DNA of 64,000 nt. Source: an uncultured delta proteobacterium (GTDB lineage Bacteria; Myxococcota; Myxococcia; SLRQ01). The first letter of the stretch is position 1; each line of letters begins with the position of its first letter. The position numbers were made by a program, and so were the translations under genes. Positions 35,326 through 45,549 of the stretch are shown here, one piece after another. Under the pieces are notes generated by a model. That model saw only the letters and a program-made list of their open reading frames with translations, had not been told where the DNA came from and ran no database searches. The DNA is taken from the NCBI GenBank assembly GCA_963727485.1, contig CAVSGM010000002.1, positions 768,001-832,000 on the forward strand. The letters are read 5' to 3'.

Positions 35326-36105
35326 CTAGCGGCCCTTCCACTGGGGGGGCCGCTTCTGCATGAAGGCGGCGACGCCCTCCATGGCGTCCTCGGTGAGGGT
35401 GTTCAGGGAGAGCTGGCTCGCCAGGAACTCCACCGCCTGCTCGAAGGGCAGGTCGCTCATGGTGGCCAGGCCCCGCCGGCCCAGGCGGAGGATCGCCGGC
35501 GACTTCTCGGCGACCTTGCCGGCGAGCTCGGCCACGGCGGTGTCGAGCTCGCCGCGGGGGACCACCCGGTTCACCAGGCCGATCTCCCGGGCCCGGTCGG
35601 CGGTGATCTTCTCCCCGGTGAACACCAGCTCGTTCACCGCCTTCGCCGGCAGGGTCCGGTAGAGGACCGCGGCGATCATCCAGGGGAAGAGGCCGAGGTT
35701 GACCTCCGGGGTGCCGAACCTCGCGTCCTCGGCGGCCACCGCCAGATCGCAGGCGGCGACGAGACCGAGGCCGCCGCCCAGGGCGTAGCCGTTGACCCTG
35801 GCGACGAGGGGCCGGCCGAGGCGGTGCAGCTGCACCAGGAGCCGGCCGTAGGCCCGGCGGCCCTCGTGGCCCTCGAGAAACGGTTTCCCCAGGTCTCCGG
35901 CGAGATCGCCCCCGGCGCAGAAGGCCTTGTCCCCGGCGCCGGTGAGGACCACCACCCGGACGTCGTCGTCGGTCTCCGCCTCGGCGAGGGCACGGGAGAG
36001 CTCCTCGACGGTGCGGGTGGCCAGGGCGTTGCGCTTCTGCTCCCGGGCGAGGGTGATGGTGCGGACGAGGTCGGCGGTGGCGACCTCGAGGTGCGCGTAG
36101 GCCAT
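35326..36105 (-). CDS. Enoyl-CoA hydratase/isomerase family protein
   Basis: AFCAGGDL, VNGYALGGG, FGTPEVNLG, AFMQKRPP. Confidence 0.93.
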   Translation of the reverse strand: MAYAHLEVATADLVRTITLAREQKRNALATRTVEELSRALAEAETDDDVRVVVLTGAGDKAFCAGGDLAGDLGKPFLEGHEGRRAYGRLLVQLHRLGRPLVARVNGYALGGGLGLVAACDLAVAAEDARFGTPEVNLGLFPWMIAAVLYRTLPAKAVNELVFTGEKITADRAREIGLVNRVVPRGELDTAVAELAGKVAEKSPAILRLGRRGLATMSDLPFEQAVEFLASQLSLNTLTEDAMEGVAAFMQKRPPQWKGR

Positions 36106-36116
36106 GGCAGGCTTCG

Positions 36117-36749
36117 TCAGCCGCCAGCCACCGGCATCACCGCGGCGGTGACCATCCGGATGGTGTCCTGCTTGGCGGCCTCGAAGGCGGCGTCGTCCTG
36201 GACGTCGATGGTGCCGAGGACGAAGCCGGTGAGGATCATCTCCACGGTCCCGAGGATCAGGTAGGCCCCGTGGGTGGGATCGATGTCGGTGCGCACCTCG
36301 CCTCTGGCCTGGGCCCGGGCGAGGACCCGGGCGGTGCCCTCGAAGGGCTTGCCGAAGGCCGCGAGGCGGTGGCGCTGGAGGAAGAAGGGGCTCCGGGCGA
36401 TCTCCAGGATCATCACCTTCACCGTCGCCGGGTGGGCCCGGTAGGCGTCGAGGGCGACGGAGACGATCTGTCGCAGCTTCTCGTCGAGGGGCAGGTCCTG
36501 ATCGGCGACGCTGCCGATCACCCTGTTGAACAGCTCCCAGCTCTCCTCGAAGATGGACGTAAGGAGCGCTTCCTTGTTTTCGAAGTAGTGGTAGACGAGG
36601 CCGTAGGCGACGCCTGCCTCCCGGGCGATGTCGGCGATGCGGCAGCCATGATAGCCGCGCTCGGCGAAGACCTTCACCGCGGCTCTAAGGATACGACGCC
36701 GCTTGTCCTCGCCCCCGGCCCTGGCCCGATCTGCCTCTGCCCTCGCCAC
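36117..36749 (-). CDS. TetR/AcrR-family regulator
   Basis: ILRAAVKVFAERGY..IADIAREAGVAYGLVYHYFENKE. Confidence 0.93.
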   Translation of the reverse strand: MARAEADRARAGGEDKRRRILRAAVKVFAERGYHGCRIADIAREAGVAYGLVYHYFENKEALLTSIFEESWELFNRVIGSVADQDLPLDEKLRQIVSVALDAYRAHPATVKVMILEIARSPFFLQRHRLAAFGKPFEGTARVLARAQARGEVRTDIDPTHGAYLILGTVEMILTGFVLGTIDVQDDAAFEAAKQDTIRMVTAAVMPVAGG

Positions 36750-36904
36750 GATGCGCGCTCCTCACAAGAAGACGATCACCGCGGGAAATCGCGATCTCCG
36801 CGGGGTGGAAGAAACGCTAGCACGGATCGGAAAGAGCGTCAGTTGAAGGGCATTCACCGGAGAAGGACTCTCCATGTGCCCGTGAACTGAGCGGATTTAG
36901 GCGC

Positions 36905-36946
36905 AAAAAAAACGCTCTTGCCATAGAAACATAACCGACCTAGAAC
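36905..36946 (+). promoter_or_regulatory. Putative sigma70 promoter of the act-cox operon with an upstream A-tract
   Basis: A8 at 36905-36912, then TTGCCA-N17-TAGAAC. Confidence 0.55.
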
Positions 36947-36982
36947 CGCCCTCCCACTCGACGCACCACGTAGGAAGCACAC

Positions 36983-37624
36983 ATGGCTTCTCTCTTTCCA
37001 AGGTGGAGCAACACGGTCTTTCGGCTCGTGTTGGTAGGTATCCTCGGCGTGCTGGTCGGCGGGCCCCTGTTCCTGATGGCTTGGGTACGGGCTCCCATCG
37101 CCACAGGCCAGGAAACCGAAGTTGATCAACCGGTCGCCTTCGACCATCGACACCATGTAGGGGATGACGGCATCGACTGCCGCTATTGCCACTACACGGT
37201 GGAGAAGTCGAAGTACGCGAGCATCCCTCCGACCCAGATCTGTATGAACTGTCATGGACAGGTCTGGAACGAGAGCCCGATGCTCGCCAAGGTCCGGCGC
37301 AGCTACGACACCGGCCTGCCGATTCATTGGAACCGGGTCTACAAGCTCCCCGACTTCGTCTTCTTCAACCACTCGGTCCACATCGCCAAGGGCGTCGGTT
37401 GCTCGACCTGCCATGGCCGCGTGGATCAGATGGGGCGGCTCTACCAGGTGCCGACCCTCCAGATGAGCTGGTGTCTCGGCTGCCATCGGAACCCGGCACC
37501 GAACATCCGGCCTCTCAACGAGATCACCGACATGACTTGGAAGCCGAACGCCAAGCTCGGTGCGAAGCTCGTCGCAGAGCGCCACATCAGCCCGCCCACC
37601 TACTGCAGCGGTTGCCACCGCTAG
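36983..37624 (+). CDS. actA: Alternative complex III pentaheme cytochrome c
   Basis: N-terminal TM; 5 CxxCH; LPDFVFFNHS. Confidence 0.92.
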   Translation: MASLFPRWSNTVFRLVLVGILGVLVGGPLFLMAWVRAPIATGQETEVDQPVAFDHRHHVGDDGIDCRYCHYTVEKSKYASIPPTQICMNCHGQVWNESPMLAKVRRSYDTGLPIHWNRVYKLPDFVFFNHSVHIAKGVGCSTCHGRVDQMGRLYQVPTLQMSWCLGCHRNPAPNIRPLNEITDMTWKPNAKLGAKLVAERHISPPTYCSGCHR

Positions 37625-37642
37625 CCAACGAGGAACACCACC

Positions 37643-40600
37643 ATGGGTAACGGTGAACGTTGGGCCGGGGCGATCCATGCCAGGCGGGAGAAGAAGCACT
37701 GGCGTAGTCTCGCCCAGTACCTCGGCCTCTCCAGCCAGCAGGCCGAAGCGGACCTGCCGGCAGGCGCCGACGAGTTTCCCCCGGGGGCCGACGAGCCCTT
37801 GGAGGGGATGTCGCGTCGCTCCTTCATGACCCTGCTCGGGGCCTCCATGGCCCTGGCCGGGGTGTCCGCCTGCACCAGCGGCGGCCGCCCCTCGCAGGCG
37901 CTGCCCTACACCATGCAGCCGCCGGACGTGACGCCGGGCCTGCCCTCGCACTATGCGAGCAGCATGCCCCACGGCGGCTACGCCACCGGCGTGGTGGTCG
38001 AGTCCAACGAGGGCCGGCCCACCAACGTGCAGGGCAACCCGGACCACCCGGCCAGCCTGGGCAAGTCGGGCATCTACGAGCAGGCCTCGGTGCTGCAGCT
38101 CTACGATCCCAACCGGGCCACCTCCATTCGCCAGGGCAACCTGCCCCGGAGCTGGAAGGCGTTCACCGCAGCCTTCGGCCCCTCGAGCATCGTCTACGAC
38201 CGGGACATCCCCGACGACGGCGACGGCGTCCACTTCCTCCTCGAGGCCACCGCCTCGCCCCTGGAGACGGACCTCATCGGCCGCGTCCGGAAGACCTTCC
38301 CCAAGGCGGTCTTCCACTTCTGGTCGCCGGTCAACGAGATCGCGCTCCACCAGGGCACCAAGGGGGTCTTCGGCCGGGCCCTGACCCCGCTGATGGACCT
38401 CACCCAGGCCGACGTGGTGGTCTCCTTCGACCACGACTTCCTGGCCAACGGGTTCCCCGACCACCTGCGCTACGCCCACGACTTCGCCCAGCGCCGGCGG
38501 ATGGCCAAGGCCTCGGACCAGCCGAACCGGCTCTACATCGTCGAGCCGAGCTACACCCCCACCGGGACCATGGCCGAGCACCGCCTCCGCCGCCCGGGTC
38601 GGGACGTCCTGCCCCTGGCCGGCGCCGTGGCCGCCGAGGTCCTCCTCGGCAACGCCGCCGTCCCCGCGGATCTCGCCGCGCTCCTCCAGGCCTGGAAGCA
38701 GCAGGCGAGCGCCGACGCCAAGTGGGTGAAGGCGGTCGCCGACGATCTCAAGAAGCACGCCGGCAAGTCCGTGCTCACCGCCGGTCCCCGGCAGCCCGCC
38801 GCCGTGCACGCCCTCTGCCAGCTGATGAACCAGGCCCTGGGCGCCACCGGCAAGACGGTCCGCTACGTGCAGCCGGGCCTGGTCGACGCGGGCATGGAGA
38901 GCCACGGTCTCGAGCCGCTGGTCAAGGCCCTCAAGGCCAAGCAGATCGACACCCTGGTGATGCTGGGCGGCAACCCCGTCTACGACGCCCCGGCCGACCT
39001 CGACTTCGCCGGCGCCCTGAAGAACGCCACCCAGCGCATCTACCTCGGCCTCTACGAGAACGAGACCGCGGCGGTGCTCGACGGCAAGAAGGACTGGTTC
39101 GTCCCGGCCAAGCACTACCTCGAGGCCTGGGGCGACGGCCGGGCCTACGACGGCACCATCACCCTCCAGCAGCCCCTCATCCGGCCCCTCTACGAGGGTC
39201 GCAGCGTGGCCGAGGTCCTCTCGTCCTTCGCCGGCGACGGCCTCCTCGGCGACCGGGAGATCCTGCGCAAGTACTGGCGGAGCCAGCGCGGAGCCATGGG
39301 CTTCGACGCCTTCTTCGACGGGGCCCTGCGCACCGGCGTGGTGAAGAACACCGCCTTCCCCGCCGAGACGGTCTCGGTGGACTGGCCCTCGGCCGCCAAG
39401 CTCGTGGCCACCGCCAAGGGCAAGCCGGCGACGGGCCTCGAGCTCTCGCTCCAGCCCGATCCCAAGCTCTACGACGGGCGCTTCGCCAACCTCTCCTGGC
39501 TCCTGGAGCTGCCGGACCCGGTGACCAAGCTCTCCTGGGACAACGCGGCCCTGATGAGCCCGGCGACCGCCCGGAAGCTCGGGGTCGACACCCAGGACCT
39601 GGTCGAGCTCGAGATGGGCGGCCGCAAGGTCCAGGCCCCGGTGCTGGTGTTCCCGGGCCAGGCCGACGAGACCGTCAGCCTCTCGCTGGGCTGGGGCCGG
39701 CAGGGGGCCGAGGCGGTCTGCCGCGGCATCGGTGCCAAGGCCTCCGACCTCGCCACCGGCGCGACCCCCTGGTTCCAGTCGGGCCTGAAGGTGAAGAAGC
39801 TCGGCAAGACCTACATCCTGGCGCTCACCCAGACCCACTGGACCATGCACGACCGGCCGGTGGCGCTCTCGGCGACGGTGGACGAGTACCGCAAGAACCC
39901 CGAGTTCACCGCCGAGGAGCGCAAGGAGATCCCCACCATCCGGCACCACTGGAAGTACCAGGGGGTGCAGTGGGGGATGACCATCGACCTCTCCCTGTGC
40001 ACGGGCTGCAACGCCTGTGTCGTCGCCTGCCAGTCGGAGAACAACATCCCCGTCGTCGGCAAGGTGAACGTGCGCAAGTCCAGGGAGATGCACTGGCTGC
40101 GGATCGACCGCTACTTCTTCGGCGACCCCGAGGACGCGGAGATGATCATGCAGCCGATGATGTGCCAGCAGTGCGAGGACGCACCCTGCGAGTACGTCTG
40201 CCCGGTCAACGCCACGGTGCACAGCCCCGACGGCATCAACGAGATGGTCTACAACCGGTGCGTGGGCACGCGGTTCTGCCAGAACAACTGCCCCTACAAG
40301 GTGCGCCGGTTCAACTGGTTCAACTTCCACCAGGATGACACCCGGCTCACCGAGATGGTCTACAACCCCGACGTCACCGTCCGGGCCCGCGGCGTGATGG
40401 AGAAGTGCAACTACTGTGTCCAGCGCATCCGCGAGGCCCAGATCCACGCTCGGGTGAAGAACGAGACCTTCACCGGCGACAACGTGGTCAGCGCCTGCAT
40501 GCAGAGCTGCCCCACGGGCGCCATCGTCTTCGGGCCCATCTCCGACCCGAAGCACCCGGTCTCCACGATGCGTCGTGAGAAGCGGGCCTACAAGGTGCTC

Positions 40601-40678
40601 AACGACGTGGGCACCCACCCCCGAACGCAGTACCTGGCCCGGATCCGCAACCCCAACCCCGCCCTGGTGGAGTCATGA
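37643..40678 (+). CDS. actB: ACIII subunit B (molybdopterin-oxidoreductase-like + Fe-S domain)
   Basis: Tat motif SRRSFM, lipobox VSAC; CTGCNACVVAC, CQQCEDAPC, CVGTRFCQNNCPY, EKCNYC. Confidence 0.94.
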   Translation: MGNGERWAGAIHARREKKHWRSLAQYLGLSSQQAEADLPAGADEFPPGADEPLEGMSRRSFMTLLGASMALAGVSACTSGGRPSQALPYTMQPPDVTPGLPSHYASSMPHGGYATGVVVESNEGRPTNVQGNPDHPASLGKSGIYEQASVLQLYDPNRATSIRQGNLPRSWKAFTAAFGPSSIVYDRDIPDDGDGVHFLLEATASPLETDLIGRVRKTFPKAVFHFWSPVNEIALHQGTKGVFGRALTPLMDLTQADVVVSFDHDFLANGFPDHLRYAHDFAQRRRMAKASDQPNRLYIVEPSYTPTGTMAEHRLRRPGRDVLPLAGAVAAEVLLGNAAVPADLAALLQAWKQQASADAKWVKAVADDLKKHAGKSVLTAGPRQPAAVHALCQLMNQALGATGKTVRYVQPGLVDAGMESHGLEPLVKALKAKQIDTLVMLGGNPVYDAPADLDFAGALKNATQRIYLGLYENETAAVLDGKKDWFVPAKHYLEAWGDGRAYDGTITLQQPLIRPLYEGRSVAEVLSSFAGDGLLGDREILRKYWRSQRGAMGFDAFFDGALRTGVVKNTAFPAETVSVDWPSAAKLVATAKGKPATGLELSLQPDPKLYDGRFANLSWLLELPDPVTKLSWDNAALMSPATARKLGVDTQDLVELEMGGRKVQAPVLVFPGQADETVSLSLGWGRQGAEAVCRGIGAKASDLATGATPWFQSGLKVKKLGKTYILALTQTHWTMHDRPVALSATVDEYRKNPEFTAEERKEIPTIRHHWKYQGVQWGMTIDLSLCTGCNACVVACQSENNIPVVGKVNVRKSREMHWLRIDRYFFGDPEDAEMIMQPMMCQQCEDAPCEYVCPVNATVHSPDGINEMVYNRCVGTRFCQNNCPYKVRRFNWFNFHQDDTRLTEMVYNPDVTVRARGVMEKCNYCVQRIREAQIHARVKNETFTGDNVVSACMQSCPTGAIVFGPISDPKHPVSTMRREKRAYKVLNDVGTHPRTQYLARIRNPNPALVES

Positions 40679-42096
40679 GTCAGCCTGCAGCGGCCGTCCC
40701 GCCTACTCCCTTGCGGGCCGTCGACGAGCCCGTGCTCATCGGGCGCCCCTCCGACAGGGAGATCACCGAGCAGCTGCTCGGGCCCATCTGGACCGGCCAC
40801 AAGATGTACGCGCCGCTCCTCGCCCTGACGGGCCTGGGCGCGCTGATGATGGTCACGTCCCTCTTCTATACCTTCCTCGCGGGTATCGGGACCTGGGGCA
40901 ACAACATCCCCGTCGGCTGGGGATACGCCATCACCAACTTCGTGTGGTGGATCGGGATCGGGCACGCGGGGACCTTCATCTCCGCCATCCTCCTGCTCGC
41001 TGAGCAGAAGTGGCGCACCTCGATCAACCGCTTCGCCGAGGCGATGACCCTCTTCGCCGTGGTCCAGGCCGGCACCTACCCCATCGCCCACCTCGGGCGC
41101 GCCTGGTTCGCCTACTGGCTCATCCCCTACCCCGCGACCATGGGCGTGTGGCCGAACTTCCGCAGCTCCCTGGTCTGGGACGTGTTCGCGGTGAGCACCT
41201 ACGCGACCATCTCGCTGCTCTTCTGGTACCTCGGCCTCATCCCCGACCTCGCCAGCGCCCGGGACATGGCCCCGACGCGGCTCAAGAAGAAGATCTACGG
41301 CATCTTCTCCTGGGGCTGGCGCGGGTCGGTGCGCCACTGGTCGCGCCTCCGGGTCGGCTACGGCCTCCTGGCCGGCATGGCCACCCCCCTGGTGCTCTCG
41401 GTGCACTCCATCGTGTCCTTGGACTTCGCCATCGGCAAGGTCCCCGGGTGGCACTCCACGATCTTCCCACCATTCTTCGTCGCCGGCGCCATCTACTCCG
41501 GCTTCGCCATGGTGCTCACGTTGCTGATCCCCTTCAGGCACATCCTGAAGTTCAACAACGTGGTCACCAAGGCGCACCTCGACGCCATGGCGAAGATCCT
41601 GCTGGTGACCGGATCGATCGTCGGCTACTCGTACATCGTCGAGGACTTCCTCGCCTGGTACAGCGGCGACAAGGCCGAGATCTTCACCTTGCTCATAGGT
41701 GGCCCCCTGGGGAGCTACGCGGTGGTCTGGTGGGGGATGCTCGCCTGCAACGTGGTGCTCCCCCAGACCCTCTGGATCAAGAAGTTCAGACAGAACGACG
41801 TGATCCTCTTCATCATCACCCTCGGGGTGAACTTCGGGATGTGGACCGAGCGATTCATGATCGTCGCGGGCAGTCTCTCCCACGGCTTCCTCCCGTCGTC
41901 CTGGCACGTCTACCAGCCGTCCATCGTCGACTGGGGCTTGTTCCTCGGCACCCTGAGTCTGTTCACCTTCCTGTTCCTACTCTTCCTCCGCTTCGTCCCG
42001 TTCATCCCCATGTACGAGGTCAAGGAGCTGAGGCACCACCTCGCGCACGAGGATCACGCTGAAGGAGGGGCCCATGGCCACCTGGCTGCTGGCTAA
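40675..42096 (+). CDS. actC: ACIII subunit C (NrfD/PsrC family)
   Basis: NFVWWIGIGHAGTFISAIL, WDVFAVSTY, VHSIVS. Confidence 0.94.
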   Translation: MSQPAAAVPPTPLRAVDEPVLIGRPSDREITEQLLGPIWTGHKMYAPLLALTGLGALMMVTSLFYTFLAGIGTWGNNIPVGWGYAITNFVWWIGIGHAGTFISAILLLAEQKWRTSINRFAEAMTLFAVVQAGTYPIAHLGRAWFAYWLIPYPATMGVWPNFRSSLVWDVFAVSTYATISLLFWYLGLIPDLASARDMAPTRLKKKIYGIFSWGWRGSVRHWSRLRVGYGLLAGMATPLVLSVHSIVSLDFAIGKVPGWHSTIFPPFFVAGAIYSGFAMVLTLLIPFRHILKFNNVVTKAHLDAMAKILLVTGSIVGYSYIVEDFLAWYSGDKAEIFTLLIGGPLGSYAVVWWGMLACNVVLPQTLWIKKFRQNDVILFIITLGVNFGMWTERFMIVAGSLSHGFLPSSWHVYQPSIVDWGLFLGTLSLFTFLFLLFLRFVPFIPMYEVKELRHHLAHEDHAEGGAHGHLAAG

Positions 42097-42607
42097 GTTC
42101 GACACCAAGGAAGGCCTGGTGTCGGCCATTCGGCGTATGCGGGAGCAGGGCTACCGGGCGATGGATGCCTACAGCCCGTTCCCCGACTACGACTTCGAAG
42201 AGGCGATGGAGGTCCCCCGCACCAAGATCCCCTGGATCGCCCTGGCCGCGGGTCTGACCGGTGGCGGCCTCGGCTACCTGCTCCTCTGGTGGACCAGCGC
42301 CGTGGCCTACCCCCTGAATGTCGGTGGCTTTCCCACCCACCCGGCGCCGGCGTTCATCCCCATCACCTTCGAGCTCACCATCCTCTCGGCGGGCATCGCC
42401 ACCTTCCTCTCGGTGCTCTTCGCCAACGGGCTGCCCAGGCTCTGGCACCCGACCTCGGAGATCGAGGGCTTCGACCGCACCATGGTCGACCGCTTCTGGC
42501 TCCAGATCGAGGATCGCGACCCCAAGTTCGAGCTGACGGCCACCACCGAGGCCCTCGAGGCCTGCAGCCCCCTGCGGGTGGTGCAGACGGGAGGGGACGA
42601 GGAATGA
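42074..42607 (+). CDS. actD: ACIII subunit D (DUF3341-like)
   Basis: DAYSPFP, YPLNVGG, PAFIPITFELTIL. Confidence 0.9.
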   Translation: MATWLLAKFDTKEGLVSAIRRMREQGYRAMDAYSPFPDYDFEEAMEVPRTKIPWIALAAGLTGGGLGYLLLWWTSAVAYPLNVGGFPTHPAPAFIPITFELTILSAGIATFLSVLFANGLPRLWHPTSEIEGFDRTMVDRFWLQIEDRDPKFELTATTEALEACSPLRVVQTGGDEE

Positions 42608-43212
42608 AGCGCCTGCTCCCCATCCTCGCCCTGGCCCTGCTGGCCTCGGCCTGTGACACCAAGGGCGTGTTCGTGCCCCTGGACATCGGTCTCAACCGGA
42701 TGATCCACCAGAAGCGGGTGGACGCCTTCGAGACCAACAGCTTCTTCGCCGACGACCGCGCCATGCGCACCCCGCCGGTGGGGACGGTCCCGGAGGAGAC
42801 GCCGGCCGGCAGCCCCATGCTCACCAAGGGAGTCGAGGACGGCAAGTACGCCCCGACCATCCAGGTGAAGGTCGACCAGAAGCTCCTCGCCCGAGGCCGG
42901 GACCGGTTCACCATCTACTGCGCCGTGTGTCACGGCGGCGACGCCGGCGGCTCGAGCGTGGTAGCCGACAAGATGCAGCTCATCCGGCCGCCGTCGTTCC
43001 ACCAGCCGTTCATCCGGGCGTTCCCCCCGGGCCGGCTCTACCAGATCATCGCCGAGGGCTACGGGATGATGCCTTCCTACGCCCCGCAGCTCAGCATCCA
43101 TGACCGGTGGGCCGTGGTCGCCTACGTGAAGGCGCTGCAGCTCAGCCAGCACGCCCAGGTCTCCGATCTTCCCCCGGATGTCCGCAAGGCGGCCGAGGAG
43201 CACCTCCGATGA
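42604..43212 (+). CDS. actE: ACIII monoheme cytochrome c lipoprotein
   Basis: Lipobox ASAC; CAVCH; MPSY; DRWAVVAYV. Confidence 0.9.
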   Translation: MKRLLPILALALLASACDTKGVFVPLDIGLNRMIHQKRVDAFETNSFFADDRAMRTPPVGTVPEETPAGSPMLTKGVEDGKYAPTIQVKVDQKLLARGRDRFTIYCAVCHGGDAGGSSVVADKMQLIRPPSFHQPFIRAFPPGRLYQIIAEGYGMMPSYAPQLSIHDRWAVVAYVKALQLSQHAQVSDLPPDVRKAAEEHLR

Positions 43213-44378
43213 GAAAGCGCGCGACCCTCTTCGGCATCATCGCCGCCGTGGTGGGCCTGGGGGCGACCGGGGCGGGCCTCTCCGTGGCCCCCACCGAGAC
43301 GGCCTTCGCCTACCTCATCGCCTTCGTGTACTGGATCAGCATCGCCATCGGCGGCCTGCTGCTGCTCCAGATCATGTACGCGAGCAACGCCCGGTGGTTC
43401 GTGGTCCTCAAGCGACCCATGGAGGCCCTGGTCGGCACCCTCCCGATCTTCGCGATCCTCTTCGTGCCGATCATCTTCTTCATCCCCCACCTCTATCCCT
43501 GGGCCCAGGACATCACGAAGTTCGACCCCCACGTGCAGGAGCTGCTGCGCCACAAGGCGCCCTACCTGAACCGGACGGGCTTCATCGTCCGGGGGATCAT
43601 CTACTTCATCATCTTCCTGGTCTCCGGTGAGGGGCTCTTCCGCTGGTCCAAGCGGCAGGACACCCACGCCGCCGACGCCGCCGCCCTCCGGGGCAAGATG
43701 CGGAAGCTGGGCAGCGTGGGCCTCCCCCTGACCGGCCTGGCCCTGACCTTCGCCAGCTTCGACTGGCTGATGTCCCTGACCCCGGTCTGGTACTCCACCA
43801 TCTACGGCGTCTACATCTTCGCCGGCGGGTTCATGTCCGCAGTGTCGGTGGTGGTCATCATCTCCTGGCTCGCCCATCGGGAGGGCGGCGTGCTCTCGAG
43901 CTACGCCAACGCCTCCCACTTCCACAACATGGGCAAGCTGATGCTGGTGTTCGTCATCTTCTGGACGTACATGGCGGTCAGCCAGCTGATCATCGTCTAC
44001 ATGGCGGACATGCCGGTGGAGACGCCCTTCTACCTGGTCCGCGGGTTCGGGACCTGGGGCTATATCGCCGTCCTCCTGATCTTCGGGCACTTCTTCATCC
44101 CGTTCTTCATCCTGCTGAACTTCCACTTCAAGCGGGTGCCCCACAAGATCGCCGCCGTCGGTGTGTGGCTGCTCATCATCCACTACATCGACCTCTCGTG
44201 GCTGGTGCTCCCGGTCCTGCACCCCAAGGGCATGCACTACCACTGGGTGGATCTGGCCGCCGTGATTGGCGTGGGCGGTCTCGTCGTCGCTTTCGGAGCC
44301 CTGCGGATGCAGAAGCACGCGGCAATCTCCGAGAACGATCCCTTCCTCAAGGCCTCCATCTCCTATCGAAGCGTATGA
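43209..44378 (+). CDS. actF: ACIII subunit F (polytopic membrane protein)
   Basis: FDWLMSLTPVWYSTIYG, HNMGKLM; about 10 TM helices. Confidence 0.88.
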   Translation: MRKRATLFGIIAAVVGLGATGAGLSVAPTETAFAYLIAFVYWISIAIGGLLLLQIMYASNARWFVVLKRPMEALVGTLPIFAILFVPIIFFIPHLYPWAQDITKFDPHVQELLRHKAPYLNRTGFIVRGIIYFIIFLVSGEGLFRWSKRQDTHAADAAALRGKMRKLGSVGLPLTGLALTFASFDWLMSLTPVWYSTIYGVYIFAGGFMSAVSVVVIISWLAHREGGVLSSYANASHFHNMGKLMLVFVIFWTYMAVSQLIIVYMADMPVETPFYLVRGFGTWGYIAVLLIFGHFFIPFFILLNFHFKRVPHKIAAVGVWLLIIHYIDLSWLVLPVLHPKGMHYHWVDLAAVIGVGGLVVAFGALRMQKHAAISENDPFLKASISYRSV

Positions 44379-44740
44379 CGGGCCAAACACATGAAGATGT
44401 CCACGCCTCCAAGGACGTGGTCAATCGCAAGTGGGTCTTCGGTGTGTTCATCGGATGCATCGTGGTCTCCATCATCTCCGTCCTCTGGTCCACCCAGATC
44501 ATGGACGACACCCGGGCCCAGATCGGCGTTCAGCCGACCAAGGTTCGCCAGACCGTGGGCCCCCGTGACATCGGCATGATCGACCAGAGCAACATCCTCC
44601 ATGACCAGTACGGGTTGCGGCTGGAGAAGGCCCAGGCCAAGGGCCTCGACAAGTACGGGTGGGTGGACAAGCGCAACGGCATCGCCCGCATCCCCATCGA
44701 CGAGGCGATGAAGGCCATCGTCGAGGAGGACCAGCGATGA
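44375..44740 (+). CDS. Small ACIII-associated membrane protein (ActG-like)
   Basis: One TM; YGWVD..RIPIDEAM; located between actF and sco. Confidence 0.72.
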   Translation: MTGQTHEDVHASKDVVNRKWVFGVFIGCIVVSIISVLWSTQIMDDTRAQIGVQPTKVRQTVGPRDIGMIDQSNILHDQYGLRLEKAQAKGLDKYGWVDKRNGIARIPIDEAMKAIVEEDQR

Positions 44741-45549
44741 ACCGCCTGGCTGTCAGGTTCGTCGCCCTCGTCGCCGCGGGCAGCGTGATGCTGCCGGCCG
44801 CGGCGGTGACGGCGCCCGCCGCGGTGAAGAACATCGGCGTCACCGAGCACCTCAACCAGCAGGTGCCCAAGGAGCTGGTGTTCAAGGACCAGACGGGGAA
44901 GACCGTCCACCTCGGGGACTACTTCGACGGCAAGCACCCGGTGGTCCTGGTGCTGGCCTACTTCGAGTGCCCGATGCTCTGCGGCCTGGTGCTCAAGAGC
45001 CTCGCCAACACCCTGCCCAAGCTGGGGTGGGCCCCGGGCAAGCAGTACAAGATCGTCACCGTCAGCTTCGACCCCAGGGACGGGCCGGCCCAGGCCGACA
45101 AGAAGCGGAACATGATCCTCGGCGAGACGGGGTTCAAGGTGCCCAAGGGCGAGTGGCCCTTCCTCACCGGCACCGCCGAGAACATCAATCCGCTCCTCAA
45201 GGTCATCGGCGACAAGATCACCCAGGACCCGAAGACGGGCATGTTCGCCCACGCCGCGGTCATCGAGGTGCTCACCCCCGAGGGCAAGATCTCCCGGTAC
45301 CTCTACGGGGTGAACTATCCGGTGAGGAACCTGAAGCTGGCGCTCCTCAAGGCCAGCCAGGGCAAGACCGGCAACGCTTTCGACCGGTTCCTCATGTGCT
45401 GCTACCACTACAATCCCGCAACCCGGTCTTACGGCGGCTTCCTCACCAGCTTCCTCCAGATCGGTGGCGCCGGCATCGGCCTCACCGTCGGGGGACTGCT
45501 CCTGGTTCTGTGGGGCGCCGAGCGCAAGCGTAGGAGGGCGCGTCTGTGA
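44737..45549 (+). CDS. SCO1/SenC copper chaperone
   Basis: CPMLC (CxxxC), VSFDP, conserved His (FAHAA). Confidence 0.9.
   Translation: MNRLAVRFVALVAAGSVMLPAAAVTAPAAVKNIGVTEHLNQQVPKELVFKDQTGKTVHLGDYFDGKHPVVLVLAYFECPMLCGLVLKSLANTLPKLGWAPGKQYKIVTVSFDPRDGPAQADKKRNMILGETGFKVPKGEWPFLTGTAENINPLLKVIGDKITQDPKTGMFAHAAVIEVLTPEGKISRYLYGVNYPVRNLKLALLKASQGKTGNAFDRFLMCCYHYNPATRSYGGFLTSFLQIGGAGIGLTVGGLLLVLWGAERKRRRARL

Noticed and set aside
37643..40678. Catalytic molybdoenzyme such as nitrate or polysulfide reductase
   Set aside because: Fused Fe-S domain and actA/C/D/E/F context identify it as ActB, which is not known to bind Mo cofactor
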